Shown: positions 1 to 15,420, counted from the stretch's first letter. The stretch: 64,000 nt of DNA from Octopus vulgaris (GCA_951406725.2 OX597820.1:77748001-77812000); one strand, 5' to 3'. Notes: generated by a model not told the origin, from the sequence alone. Numbers and translations are program-made.

Positions 1-472
1 AAAGCAAGTAAATAAATTAGGCTAGAGAGAAAATGTGCATATTATATCTTCTTAGAGAGGTGTGCAAGGTATAAAGCAAAAAGTACTTCATTAAATAATA
101 AGTTATGTGGATAAAATATTAAAACATTCTACCCAAAATAGGAAGAAAAAATAAAATAATTAATAAAATACTGGAAGAATAGGGAGAATAATGTATAATT
201 TTATGGTAAGTAGTTATAAGAAAAACTGTTATTAAAGTTTATACATACGTACACACACACACACACACACACACACAAATATATATATATATATATTATA
301 TATGATGGAGATAGCGCCAAATATAGTTTAAATGGAATAGTTAATCAGAAAATAATGAAAAGTTAGTTGTAAGAATTTAGTTATGAATATATAAAATCCA
401 CGTAGTAATTAATAAATATAATAATGGATCAATAAAGCATTATGAGATAGGTGCAAGATATACAGTAAACGT

Positions 473-2030
473 CAGGGTTGCGAATTTAGCATAATTTATA
501 TAAAAGATCTAGTATTTTTATTTTTTCAGCATTTAGCAAGGAAAATAGGTTTAAAATTTCATTTAGCATGTTTTTTAGCATTTTTGTCTGATCATAATAT
601 TTCCACAATAGTTACCCTTTTTCCTCTTTTTCCTTCTTATCTACTTTCGTTAATGTATCTTATAGATAAAATTTAAGTCCTCTCCGCTATCGTTGAATTT
701 GTCTTTCACTTTCTTGAAACTTCAAATGAAAGCTTATCAAAAGGAAGTTTATCAAGTATGAACTTCTCTAGCCCCACTCAAATCTGCTTGGATACAGAGT
801 GGTGTGGGTGGGAGAAGATAATTCATGTCAGCACCTGAACTCACTACATAATAATGTAAATATGTTGCAAAGAACGAGAGCATGGAAATTCGCCCTTACA
901 ATGCTTTATTCTGTAGTTATGAGTCTTTATCATGACAGGTTGATTGACTTACATTCAGTTCGACTGTTTTAAAATAGGCCTGTGTTTTTTAATGCTTGTT
1001 TTCGATTAAATATATTGTATAGAAGTACGGCGGCGGCAGAGTCTCCTCCTTTATATTTCACTTACTTATGTTTTCGAGTATTGTAATTATATTTGTGGTT
1101 TTACCAATAGATATTAAATGTTAGATTGGAAGCGAAATATGATGTTCCCAGGCTTATATGAAAACACAGTTTTCTAATGCATATTCCAGATATTGCAGAT
1201 GTAACGTGTTGACAAAATATTCTCTTTTAGTAAGCCACTGTGAAGCAAAGAAACATAAGGTATCAACTCCACAGAAAATGATACCTCTTACCAATTTTAT
1301 TAAAACCAAAAATGATAAGGCATCTATTGCTTGAAGCAAAGGTAGCAATATTTATTTGTTGCTACTCATAATTTAATAACTGTGATCACTTAATAGAGTT
1401 ATGTAAGAATTATATGTCTGATAGAGATATTATATCCAAAGTAATGTTGCATCGTACAAAATGTGCAAATATTGTGAGAAATGTTTTAGCTCCATATTTT
1501 GATGGAGATTTGATTTCTGATATTGGAGATAGAAAAGTTAGCTTGTTATTACATGAATCCAATGATATATCGATAAAAAAGACGTTAGTAATTGTTATCA
1601 TATATTATAGTGACACTCACAAAAACTTGAATTAGTGAAAAAGAAATTAGATACAAAATATTTGCAGGCTCTAGGAACCAATATTGCTACAGTAATAATA
1701 GGAGTCAACAATAGTATTTTCCAGAAATTAAAAGAAGTTCCATCATTACTTCTATGTAGATGCGTATGTCATTCTTTACAGTTGATACTATCCCTTATCT
1801 GTGCTGAATGCTTGCCCATAAATTTGGGATTTCTAGTATCCGAAACCTATAAACGGTGCTCCCTTTCTTCAACAAGAAAAGTACCCACAAACAATTTTAC
1901 CTTCCTATTAATGATAAAGAGCCTTTGAAGATCGTAAATTCTTGCGCAACTGGGTGGCTGTCAATAGAGCCAGTAGGAAATAGAATTTTAAGCCAATGCT
2001 TTGAATTGCAAAGTCACTTCCATTTAGTTC
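473..2030 (+). mobile_element. hAT DNA transposon remnant (candidate left end plus frameshifted transposase, 3' part lost at a SINE)
   Basis: CAGGGTTGCG candidate terminus at 473. BED-like finger remnant at ~1176-1260 (YSRYCRC...SHCEAKKH). Consecutive frames give LHRTKCANIVRNVLAP...SLLLHESNDIS (DESTD-like), CRCVCHSLQL (CxCH) and CATGWLSIE (TRWLS-like). Confidence 0.8.
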
Positions 2031-2087
2031 GTATTTTTCATTTTTCATTCAAATCTTTTTCTATCACCAGAGTAAAGCAAGTTCTTA

Positions 2088-2735
<648 letters not shown>

Positions 2736-4793
2736 TTGACTGCTATTTTCTGAAGGTTATTTGTGGCGCCATATATTAATTGCTATCACTTCTATTGTAG
2801 AAAGTTAATTGTGGTTGATCAGTGTAAACTCCTGGTTAGCGTATTAATGGCTTTATACTTGAAAACTTTCCTATATTTTGTATAATAACTGCTATTTTTA
2901 ATAGCAACAAATATTGACTCTCAAAACATCCATAAATATACATAACGTACAATTACTAAACAAATTTTAATAATAATATAATTTTAAAATACAATTAATC
3001 CGGAAGCAGTTCTACAAAAATAACATTTGTTCGCCATCTCTTTTACAAGTTAAAAACCGTGTTGATAGAAAATATACATTGACGTATATCAGTGTAAATA
3101 GAAAATAGATTAAACAGTTTATACATGTAAATATATTCCCCAAGTTAATATAATTTAAATTACATAACTTCCTTTCGATACGAATTTTAACAAATATAAA
3201 CGAAAAAACTTTTAAATTATAAAATGTGTTTACAGCCATTGATATAGATGACATGAACATATTTTGTTCAGTTCTTAATATTTAAATTGATTGTATTAGC
3301 AATACACACATTAAATTAACATAGATAAAACAGCTAAATTTTCTTTACTGGCATTTTATCGGGAGATTGTATTTTTATATTTAATTAGAATACATATTTT
3401 CGCTACTTTGGAATATGTAAAGAGGCAAACCTATTTATAAATAGCCAAGTAATACTATTCTGCATTACAAAGTTAAATCTTTCATGCACGAATATCTAAA
3501 AGAAAGTGTAGCAAACACGATAGAAGTTATTTTCTGAGCTACATGGCCAAGTGAGGGTAATGATCGAAGTCTGGAGTAGAAGAGCTTACCATAGTTAATT
3601 AAGAAATTGATAAATAAAAACAACGGCGAATGTGACATATTATCGATGCTCGGTCAAGAAATTAATATCAATCATTATAATATACCTAATTATCGTTTTC
3701 TGAATCAAGCATTCTATCCTGGCTCTACTTAACGAGATCAAGTCATTCCTTAAGTGTTTCTATCCATTGAAACTATAGCAGATGTAAATTACTCCAGAGG
3801 AATGTTCTGCATTTTAAATACTGATACGATACTCTCTTTTCGATGTAATATCGGGATTCGGAATACTTTGATCATCTCAGATTATACAAGAGATTAACTG
3901 ATACACCCAGACTATAAAAATGTTTAATATCACAGAAAATATGCAATGGCCATATACACGATCCGATAATCGCATCTTGGGAACAATAGAGACACTGTAG
4001 ATTGATGTGGATGTTGTCACTAAAACAGAATATTAAAAGTATAAGTAGTTTCTCTTTGTTACTGACTAAAATCTGATCAGAAAATGTTTATCTTAGGAAT
4101 TTTGATGATTTAAAAGAACAGTGTTTTCCCCATTTCGCTTTAGCAACCAAATATCTTTCAATATGCATTGCTTATGTTAAAAACTAGTCTTATTGAAACT
4201 ATTGCTTTTTGTTTTACAAATTTTTAACATTTCTACAGGAAGTTTTCGGAAACTAGTTGCTGGGATATTCTTCTTCAATTAAATATGATGTAAGAATACT
4301 GCATAAAATTGAATCGGTTTTGTAAAGATGAAAAAGTAGTATACCTTTTCAGGCAATTTCCATTTAAGTTTTTATAAGTATTTACATATTGAATATACTT
4401 CAGACAAATTCTGATTTGCATAAGTATGTTTTATTGATTATTTTTGTAGTATGCTCATGATCTTCTGCCGTGCTTTCGACGTACGTAGACAGAATGTGTA
4501 AAGATATTGCAAAAAGGAGACGTGTTCCGAACGATACACACAGAATAAAATTCGCTAAAGAATTCTAAGAATTGGAGACCGTTGAGGGAATAAATTGAGT
4601 TCATCAGCCTAAATACTGTTGTATTTTGTGCCTGTATATGATAACGTCCATGGCACTCCAAAACCGAAAACAAGTATATGTACCGCAGCAGTTGCTATAT
4701 AGAGTTGAATATAGAATGTACATCTATATGTTCGATATGACTTGAGTCGAGTATAGAGTGGTAACTAGAATTGAGATGACAAGGGATTAAATG

Positions 4794-5040
4794 ATTATCT
4801 TATGAACTGCATCAGCTTTGGGCTGTTTCCACAAAAATATGCGACGGACTCGTAGTTGTGTGTCTGAGTAACACCTTAGAGTTTCATCAGATCCTCAAAC
4901 ATGTAGTACTATCATGAAGTGGCACTTTGTGATCGGGGCTCTGATGAAACTGTAAGGGGAGGAAACTGAGGCATTCAAACATAATGCCTCCTCATCCAAT
5001 AGTGGAAACAGCTGTAAGCTAATTAAGTTCATATGATAAT
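4794..5040. ncRNA. Head-to-head pair of hammerhead-like motifs (probable PLE terminal-repeat fragments)
   Basis: Plus: GCT-CTGATGA(4941)-A-ACTGT...ATAGT-G-GAAAC-AGCT-GTA-AGC(5019). Minus: CTGATGA at 4890-4884 and GAAAC at 4829-4825. Outer arms 4794-4832 and 5002-5040 are imperfect inverted repeats. Confidence 0.7.
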
Positions 5041-5119
5041 TATCTATTCATCATTTGTCGTCTCTTTTCATTTTCATACACACACACTCATACACACGCA
5101 CACACGCATTCATACATAC

Positions 5120-5158
<39 letters not shown>

Positions 5159-5347
5159 ATTATGTGTGTGTGTGTGTGTATTAGAAGGTTTGGAGGTGAT
5201 GTACGCGTATTATATATTAGAAGAAATAAAGTACCCAGAAATCTGGATGGTCTTACATTTACAGATTTTTATTGATATGTCACATGCTTTTATAAATCAT
5301 AAATTAACGCTTGCATCTACTCTAGTAGAATCTCCAGATTTTCTAAT

Positions 5348-5402
<55 letters not shown>

Positions 5403-7057
5403 TATATATATATATATATACATATAATATTGATATGTATGACATCGATTGGTGTGTTTATCAATAGATTTGAATGACATTAAAATGCTTCATGTATCTT
5501 AACATTTGTATTCGTGATTAGCCGACGAGGAAAGTTTCTTTGTTCTCTAAACGTCCAAATGAATGGTTTTCTGAGATACAAAGTTGTGCTTATTTCTTGA
5601 AATCTTCGGCAAATTACTTCTGTAATTTTATGATCCTTAATTATACGAGCAATGATTGAAGAAATTTCACCGTCTATTCGCATTCTTTTCAAGTGTAGTA
5701 CGAGATGGTGTATCCGAAAATCAATCAATTTTCCTTAATATACATCTACTGAAAAGTTAGTAAAGAAAACCCTAAATAATTAAACATGTTTCTTTGCTTT
5801 GAATTTTCCATTTCGCATGCCGCTTTATTCAAATTTCGGTGGAAGGGGGTCTTTCACACTAGAATTTTTAAGTATCTGCTTGATGTTTGCAACAGCACTC
5901 TCTATAAATGATAATAGTAATATGTATCGATTCAAGATTATTTATCAATGATATGGTGTGTGAATGTTGTCAAACGTGATAAACGAATGTGTCATAGATC
6001 TAGTTTTAACTATCGAAAGGATGCGGATTTTATAGCCGCTTTACAAATATAAACACATTCCTTTTGCATTAGCATTTTAAATATTGAACAATGACTGTCA
6101 TTATTGAACGAAAATCCTTATCTTTAAGACATCAAATAAAACGGGGTCTTTCTTACAAGCTGACAAGCATTCATCTAGAAGAGAAATATTCAAAGTTTTA
6201 TGTAATGGCGATTACATGCAATAAATCGTGGTTTCAATCACACCAAGATATCTTAATTAATTTCAAAGTTTTCCAGTCTTATTTAATACCTCACTCCCTA
6301 GCAACCACACTATTTGATTATGCTGGCTCCTATTCAAATCTTTCCTTCGATTGATCTTTGTCAGAATGTTTAGTGTTATGCAAACTCAATCAACCCAATG
6401 TCAATTATCTTCGATGAGAATATTTGATTTAAATTTGTTATCTATAGGACTTCTTGACACACTACCAAGCCATTAAATATGCTTTATGACGGAATAGGCA
6501 ACAACATTCAATGTCCGTCTCCAAATGAATTATGCACATTAATATAGTTTCGTTTATTTCTTTCTAAATATATCTGGAATTCCGGTGTTGTTTGAGTTAT
6601 TGTGCATGATATGGGAAGGCGTCCGCTCTAAGTAATATAAGCCTCAATACTGATATTTATATATAGACAATATTCCATATTATTATACAGTCTAAGAATT
6701 CCAATAAAAGCGGTGTAAATTTATAAATTATCTGTTCCCTATTAAATATATTTTCATAACAATTTCAATTTGAAGTATGAAAACCAAATATTAGATATTA
6801 GTAAAGTTCGCTTAACGGTTTTGTTGTAAAATCTTTAAAGAATGCAGATCAGCTTCATGTAAATTTTATGTTGTTGAAGTTAATCTTCTCATATTATGAA
6901 CGTTTCTAAGCACAAGTATCCTAGAGTTAGGAAGTAATTGTGTTATTGTTTATTTTACTCGGTACAACAGTTCAGCCCGTATAAGATCTAGATAGATGTA
7001 TTAATTTGAAAATTGTATCTCAGACGATGAAGAGGAGTAGGTGGTGCGATAGGTGTT

Positions 7058-7145
7058 GAAGAAGAAGAAGAAGAGGAAAAAGAAAAAGAAAAAGAAAAAG
7101 AAGAAGAAGAAGAAGAAGAAGAAGAAGAAGAAGAAGAAGAAGAAA
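7058..7145 (+). repeat. (GAA)n/(GAAAAA)n microsatellite
   Basis: Direct reading. Confidence 0.95.
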
Positions 7146-8699
7146 TTCGATGTGTGTGGAACAGGCGTTTTATTTTACTTAATTTCCCTGACATACGCCA
7201 AAGGGACATGTTTAATAACGCGTAGTCCTAACTGAAAAAAATTATAGTACCTTTCATGGGAGGATGGCCACAGGATAAGGAGTGCATAACGCCTATGGCG
7301 GTGTGTCCCAAAACATCATTTGCATTGTAAACGACCGGTGACGCATTCGCAAAAGCCGATTGGAACCAATATGGAAAACCAAAAGCCAAATGGCATTTGA
7401 AGGTCACCGCATGACATATTCTCACGCATTGTGTAGTGGACCTGTATCTTCTATCATCGTGATCTAAACATCTGAACTCAAACCCTTGCAACTTGAGTTG
7501 CTCGGCGATGTTTTACATCGATCTGCTGTAGTGACTGTTGGTGATGTCGTGGATTCGGTGGACGACATGGGCATTTCTAATGACCACTAAAAATGTGTTT
7601 TTGTTTCTTATATCCAGAGAAGACACGGCCTCACCAAAATGTACCAGTTCTTTTTTTCCATTTTTTCACAATGATAGTTCAAATTTCAATACTTATAACA
7701 AAACAAAAGCATATGAATACATATTTACAATTATAGAATATCATTTTCGCCGATACAATGAAGGAGTTCACGGTTTCTAATCGTTCGACAAAGGATATCT
7801 TTGACTCAACATGCGGCTCATAATCATTTAGAGTTATAGAAGGAAATGTACTACGCTATAATATAATGATAGATTTACCTCTAAACAGAAGTTCGCACAA
7901 GAGCTTATGTTACTACCAAAAATACGGGCTATCAGGGTTGGTGAGTGTAGTTCACCAATAACAACTCCATCAACAAAAACAATTGACACAATATATTGTC
8001 TTGTGAGTGAAATGACTAAATATATTTTTAGAAAGAAAAAAAAAATCGCTCATAGTTTTCTATGTATTCTTAAAACAAGATTGAAGTGGTATTGGTAGGT
8101 GTTTCCTTGCAAAATGTTCGCAAATTCAGCTTTGCTTTCATGTTTAAATCAGAAGTTTACGCCCGAATCTATTATCGCACCATTCTGTAATTTCACATAC
8201 ACTTGTCAGTCTGTTTGGTTGTATTTTTTTTTTGCGATCTTGCTCATGGAAAAAGTCCTGAAAAAGTTGCCATCAGTTTAATATTCATGATGCAAAAGGC
8301 TCTTAGCAAAATATTAAGCCTCACATAAGTGTTTTTATCTCTAAATCCCTTTAATAATTGAACGCTAATCGCTTAGTTTACTTACAGTTATATTGGAATA
8401 GCGTAAAGTAACTTACCTTGAAAAAAAAAAAAAAGAAGTAGCTGTGATGGAAAAAAGTTATATTAATGTTTGCCGGCAGTGTTTATCTCACATGTATTGA
8501 CACCTAGATAATATATTTCTGACACTTTAGACTCTTAATATTTGCTTAATATATGGACTTCCTCTCAGTTTGTAGTATTGTATAACCGGAATACAGCATT
8601 TCATACCGATTGTCATATCAATAGTACTACTTACGCAAAGTTTGTTATTCGAACATATATAGAAAGTCATATATGAAATTATAAATACATGAGACATAA

Positions 8700-9125
8700 A
8701 TATAATCCTTTACTGTTACCCCATCTTGCTGGAAATAAAATCCTACGTGTTCAAGGTCTTCTTGAATGCCTAGCACGGCGGATTCTCGCAACAAGTTCGG
8801 GTAAATGGGACCAGATACAGTACCCTCCAAACAGAATTGTTTAAACAATCCAGTCGACGATAAGCAGCATTCTGCTGCAAATCTGGGCTATTTAAAATGA
8901 TGTTCTGCCGTAATACGCGGAGTTTCATATCAGCAGTAAGTGCAACTGTGGGTGTTAATTGAGCGATTTTATGTAGGTGTAACGTCATCACTATAAGTTT
9001 TACAGGAGTCACTTGTAACCCTTATCGAATTGAGACAGTATTTTTGCGATGGGGAAAACGTTGTGGATTTATCTAACAACTGACTAAGGAGTGTTCACAT
9101 GTATTACTTTGGGTTTCTTTTCATA
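8700..9125 (-). mobile_element. Degraded Tc1/mariner-superfamily transposase fragment (DD41D-like)
   Basis: LNSP...FCLEGTVSGPIYPNLL...FYFQQDG, resembling GPFFFEGTVTG..YL.ML...FQQDGAP. Confidence 0.65.
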
Positions 9126-9147
9126 CTTTGCTATAATTAAAGAGTAG

Positions 9148-9320
9148 ACGGCGAGCTGGCATTCCTCAGTCATACCGTCCTGAGTTGCAATATCACCGAG
9201 GTCGACTTTGCCTTTCATTCTTTCGGTGTCGATAAAGTAAGTACCAATTCAGGTATGAAGTTGATTAATCGATTTACCCCTCCCCCGAAACTACTGGCAT
9301 TGGGCCAAAATTTGAAACCG
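9148..9320 (+). mobile_element. tRNA-derived SINE family B (diverged)
   Basis: GGCGAGCTGGCA head, GAGGTCGACTTTGCCTTTCAT..TTTCGG.GTCGATAAA.TAAGTACCA body, CCCCTCCCCC tail. Confidence 0.85.
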
Positions 9321-10919
9321 ATATATTTACAGAATAACAAGTCAATAACTGAGATTCGATCGTGAGATGCAATGTTGATGTAATGGAAATGTACAACCGG
9401 CCTCATTAACAGGAAACAGACAGAATATGTAAAAGAAAAAGGGTGGGAAAGCAGTACGTATACCTTTGTATAATGCGTCAAAAACACAATACCGCCTAAC
9501 TAGATACTGACAATTTTCTTGTGCTCCATATTTTAATTGAAATTCATTAAAAAAATCTGAAGAGGTATTCAAAAATAGAATAAAATTGATTAGATATTGT
9601 GTTATTCAACATTTCATAGATTTCTTTCCATCCAATACAACACATTAAAATAAATAGTTTCTTACATCTTGAGACATACACTTAATTGACGTCTTTCAAA
9701 TACGTTTATGTTTCTGAGTTTCTTTCCTCACAATATATAATAGGATGTTCGATGTTTTTGCAGGTATTATTGTAATTATCCTGAATGTTTTTCCGTGTAT
9801 ATCGTATCCAATTACTTACGCAATGTATTTCTCCAATATTTGGTTTTATTCTTAATTATTCACCGTTCTGTAATTTCGTAGGTATTTTTATACTTGCGAA
9901 TTTTCAATAGATTATGTTTTTCTTACTTCTTCAGCGGGTAAAAGACAACATAGCAGAAAACAGCATGCTAAAGGATTTACTCATTATCAGATTTTTTTTT
10001 ATTAATAATTAGATTTTTCGTATACATAATTGACTGATTGTGTAAATTGGTTACAAATTATACGAAATAGGTATTTTTAGTGGAGGAGCAAAGGAATGAT
10101 AACATTTTTGGTACTCAATATAGATATTGTTTTTCTCCCGTTTTCTCATTACGAATACTTCCTGCCCATCATTAACATCTTTAAAAACGTGTTACAACTT
10201 CATCAAAAACGGTTTTAGGTAATGAGAAGAGATCTCGTAAATTTGCCATTGGTGCTACGTCTCTGTGAAGTAATCGTGCACTTATGTTTGAAACAATTTC
10301 AAATATTACAAAATATTTACAAAATTTCTTTTTTCCTACTTATAACTTTGTGTTGAGTTGAAAAAGCTATAGCAGATTCACATATTTTGCACAATGGAAC
10401 TAGCTGATAAATATTTAATGTGGCCAATAAAATTACCATGATAATTAATTAATAAACTGTCAGAAATAAAGTTAATGAGATAAATGAGAATATGATATAG
10501 TTCGTGCTTGATACGTACACGTGTATTCAATAATATTGGATTGCAAAGGGCTCAGTAAAATTTTGATGATGATATTAACATTTCCGTTTTTTTTTCATTG
10601 TCATTGTGCAATTGTGTACAAGTCATTTGCATCGGCACATGCACTATTTTGATGTGATTTGTCAACAACTGAGAACCTGCTATGTGACCTCAAAAATTTT
10701 CACCATTATCTCCGCTCAAATTCATTGCTGGTTGCTCAGAATACGTCTTTTGACTCTATGGGGCGTGTAAACGGTTGTCCTTAAACTTAAACTGACAAAC
10801 AATGGAAGGAAAATTCCTACAAAGTCTATTACGAACTCGTGAAAACCGTTGGTTTCTCTGACTACCAAATTAATGACGTGCATATTTTGACCAATACTTA
10901 TATGAGCTCATATCCAGAT

Positions 10920-11060
10920 AGAAGACCCAGAGAGAGGTTTTCTCGCCCCGGAAAGGATGACAGGCAAAGTTGGCCGCGGCGGAATTTGAACTCAGGAAAT
11001 AACGACGGACGAAATGTTGCTAAGCATTTCTGTCGATATGTTATCGATTCTGTAAACCGG
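10920..11060 (-). mobile_element. SINE family B fragment
   Basis: CCCCGGAAAGGATGACAGGCAAAGT...GGCGGAATTTGAACTCAG is the reverse complement of the family B body and B box. Confidence 0.8.
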
Positions 11061-11099
11061 GAAACTTTGAAAAAAAAACCTGGAAACTGTTTATAGCAT

Positions 11100-12425
11100 A
11101 CCGAAGTCACCACATCGAGGCGGATATAGACAGAATATGCCTACCCAGCTCAGAAGATCGTGACTTGACACAGAAAGGAAACTACTATAAAATAACAACT
11201 ATTGGACAAGAACACTGCTCGGAAACAAAATGTCGGTGGCTACTGCTTGCAATGGTGCAGCATGAAAAGATTAGAACTCTTTTATCTATATACATGTGGG
11301 TGATAGAATATTTAAATCAAAAACAAAGTTCACTAATACATTAAACGTAGAACATGATAACACAAGTGAAATTATTAAAGACCCAAAAACATGAAGAGAT
11401 AACTACAGAGCATACGGAACGATAAATGGAGATAAAAATCAATACATGCCAAATACGGCGCTCGCCTTGACGGGGAAGATATGAGCCTAAACTGAAGCCA
11501 ACAATGCCTTAAAATCTCTGGATGGAAGGACCTACGCTTGATGCACAAGACCCATGCTTGACCACAAACGACTGACTATAAAAGCAATATAATGAAAACA
11601 AGTCCTAACACCAAATGCAAAATCTGCAGAATATGCAACCAACGCAATGAGAGAGATGACAACATTATCTCCGACTATCCACTCAAAGCCAAATTTGAAT
11701 ATCATTATCTGGATACCAGATGCGACCGAATATGTAGTTATATCCAAAGGGCAACATGCCAACACTACAACATGAAACCAAACAAGTAACGGTAAGACAT
11801 GTGGTAAATAAGGTGCCTGACAACGATCGGGCCGCAATCACCTGGCATAAGCCTTTACGAAGTACAAACTTAAATAAATTGCGCTCCTTTCTAAACAAAA
11901 TATTGCCCGAAAAGTAGTCCAGAAATTGTTGAAATATTAAAGATACGTGTTATGGAGGTAAAACAATATCAGTAATAAATGGAGCATTGGGTATAAAAAT
12001 ACAAAGGACAGAAACGTTGAAGTCATAGCTGGATCCACAACACTATCCCAAATATAAACCTACTAGGAACTACTCACATCCTACGCAAATCACTATCATT
12101 TCACTTAAATGCACAGCTCAAATAAAACAATCCGCTAATACAAAACACCCTCTATACAATAAGCATATACTAAAATAAACAATCCCACAACATGTACTAT
12201 ACAGGTTGGATATCCAACCGAATAACAAACACGTATTGCACAGAAACCACACCACAATACAAAATCCACCCAAACCCTGTAACAAAACGAACTGATTCAA
12301 TAGAATAACGGTAAAAGTTTGTACTCTCCTGACGCTAACAAAAACTAGAACACACAATGCTACACACATCTCAGGTGATGCAGTAGAAATTTGCCTGAAG
12401 TTATCGAAAACTAATAATAATAACA
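11100..12425 (+). mobile_element. Degraded 3' part of an R4/Dong-like RLE non-LTR retrotransposon ending in (TAA)n
   Basis: HHIEADIDRICLP (HPKAD.DRLYL-like), zinc-knuckle region CRICNQ...NIISDYPLKAKFEY...DRICSYIQ..CQHY, GALG, LLGTTHILRKSLS, then a 3' UTR running into TAATAATAA at 12412. Confidence 0.85.
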
Positions 12426-13514
12426 ATAATACAAGCTATAAGAAGAAAATAAAAGTAGTGTGATAATAATGCAAACAGTAGGAATATAATGTAAGCCGTA
12501 AAAATATTTAGTAGCGACATTAGGATGGCATTCAGAATGGAAAAATATGCTATGATAGAGATGAATCTGGGAAAAAATCCATAAAAAGTATGGAATAGAT
12601 CTTGTGTTATGATGAGAACATAAAAATCATTAAATGGAGAAGAAGTATATAAATAAGTGGGCATATTGGAAATGACAAACGAAATGTATAAGAATGAAGG
12701 AAGCCCTCATAAATGACCGGAATGAAGAATCTAGAATGCAAAGTGAATGAGGTAAACTCCACACAAGCAAGTTTTTTTTTCCTATTTTGTCTTGTTTCAT
12801 AATCTTCACTTTTTAGCATCCATCATTTTCCCTACCCAAAAATATTCCTAGCCGTTGGCTTTAACATCTTTCTATTAGAATCATCATGATTTCCTCTTTC
12901 CTTTTGAGATCCTCTCTCTCTCTCTCTCTCTGTTCCCTTTTTTTCTGTCACTGGTTATAGCATCCCTTTATTATAACGTAATTTCCTTTGTCTTCTCTCC
13001 TTCAAGGTTATATAAACTTTTGTGACAAATATTGCCGTAGTGCGAAGGTTTGAAATACTTGCTGAATGTAGAAAATACTCCACTGTCCATTCACTTGGGA
13101 GCTTTGCTTCTCAAGTAGGAGCCCTGATTCTCAAAGGGAAGATTTGAATGGTTGAAGGATTAACTAATAAGTACTGACAATAACATAGGTAGTAAGCTCA
13201 GAATGCACGTACGCTTGCATCTCTTTTCGGGTGTGGAACGCTTATACTGGAAATTCAATTTTAGGTGAAGACGGTTAACGGGCGTGATACATGACAGAAA
13301 GTCAAATACAGCAAGAAGAGAAAAAAGGAAAAAAATTGAAAACAAAATTTTAAAAAAGCAGCTGGGAACATCCAACGTACGTAACAGATGCATGGAAATG
13401 ACGAACCAATACACCACCTTCCACAGAAGCAACACCAGGATCATCAGCATTATTATCACCATCACTATCAAATCAACTGGCACCATTTACATATTTAATA
13501 CTACAAACACTAGT

Positions 13515-13720
13515 AAGGCGTTGATCTGGCAGAATGCCGGACAGAATTCTTAGGTGACATCTTGTGCGTCTTCACGTTCTAAGTTCAAATCCTCAAAGAT
13601 CGACTTACATCATTTCGGGGTCGACAGAATATGTACGAGATGAGCTCTGGGAGTCGCTGTACTTGACTTACTTCCACTCCTGAACTTGCTGGCCTTGTGC
13701 CAATATTTGAAACTAATATT
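13515..13720 (+). mobile_element. SINE family B (diverged)
   Basis: CTGGCAGAA head, GTTCAAATCC B box, TTTCGGGGTCGA body, GGCCTTGTGCC tail. Confidence 0.75.
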
Positions 13721-14049
13721 ATGAACACCAATACAATCAAAGATTTATAAAGCATATACAGCAACAAATAAATATTTCGTATTAAGATAACTACACACCT
13801 ACATCTATCATATCACAGCAAACGCAACTCCTAAAAAGCATAACAACATAAAATATAACAGTAAAATAAGAAGACAACAGCCTGAAGAAATTTAAGATTT
13901 CCAAGGGCATTGAACAAAATTATATACAGAAATTTGATAGTCAGTACCAATAAATAACCAGAAGAACATATTGCATATTCTTGCGCAATAAAGTCAGTAG
14001 TGTCTCTCAATTTCCAGTATTAATCAAACATGACTTTACTCAGAACAGA

Positions 14050-15420
14050 ATGCATAATGAGACGTGTCAAGTTGGTAATTAGTGACATATGATGCAAACT
14101 CACCTTGTCAATGAGCGGAAATCACTTCACATAGAAAAGGTAGCTATCACTGTGGCCAGAATATCAGAGATACCAGCCTTATTTAGCGTTTAATAGGCGT
14201 TCGCATCATCCAATCAGCTGGAAGTTATATGGAGTATCTTTCTGAACCCAAATTGATAATTTGTAGTGCTGGACATAACCAGGAATGAAGGCCATATTTT
14301 CAACCAATATGATTTACAACGCTACAGGAGCACGGCAGCCAAATCTCGTTACACATCTGCTGTGTTTCCCGGGATCATGTAATTTCGTACTTGTGGGCAA
14401 TCGAATGTTATCACTGAATCATAATAGGATTTCGTGAGGGTTGATGAGTGGAGAGTGATGAAAACTTGTCCCAAGCCTACTGAGGTGTTTCCACATGTCC
14501 AATATTTAACGATTAGTTCCTCCATGGAAGACGTAGGCAAACTGAATCGAATGTCACAGACTATATCTAGATATAATAGTTTGTAAGCCAGTAGGTAGGG
14601 ATGGCAAACTTTGGTTGCATTTAATGTTTACAGGTGCACTGAATGGAAATATGTGACCATAAGAGAGCGCGATTTCTTTCATTTGCTCTAAACGTGATAA
14701 TATAACCACCGCGTAACGCTCGGATGTTGTAGCTAATAATGCATACATATAAAAGTTGTACCAGCTGTCACAACTCACTGGTTGCCTGACTGAGCAAATG
14801 AAGTCGCTGTTTGCTAGACAAGCAGCTCGTTTGTCTGAAGACCGAGTCGATACATCAAATTATGTAATCTTAAGTGTGGAAAACACCACATACCTCTCCT
14901 TTACTTCATCAGGAAAAACGATTCCCCGACATCATATGGATTATCCATGGCAGGGCATTCCTTACGCACCTAGGGCTCATAATTGCTGAAACTGCTTTTA
15001 TGAGAAACGTATTCCTATCAGCCGGCATTATCAATCAATAATGAAAGACACTTATTGTTGCCACCATATTTACGACCAGTTAATGAATTCCCAGGTTGGC
15101 TTGCTGACAAGCTGAGTATACCCTCGTAGAGATTGCTAGCCCCGGCAAAATTAGAAAGTATATAGTTCCTCCATCCCATATTGATTGAGGTCTACTATAA
15201 CTCGTACCAATCACAAAAAAGACATATGTAACCTAACAAAGTCAAATCATTCATTTCCGATGTCGCTTAAATACTTCACACTACAGAAAGACGTCGGAAG
15301 GCCGTCATCTTGTTTGTGAAAGCGCATGTGGTACGCAATCTAAAGAGCTAATGTTACAGGAATGTCACATCACGCTACCGTAATGAAAAGATTCCTCTCT
15401 CCACCATCATTTGAAGATAC
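14050..15420 (+). mobile_element. Highly decayed Ty3/Gypsy pol remnant (RNase H to integrase)
   Basis: Motif order by manual translation: ERKSLHIEKVAI (ERNYSQIEKEAL-like), NQYDL...QPNLVTHLL (N.VADALSR-like), HRLYLDIIV (H.HIDIVG-like), KYFTLQ, TSRY. Many stops and frameshifts. Confidence 0.5.
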
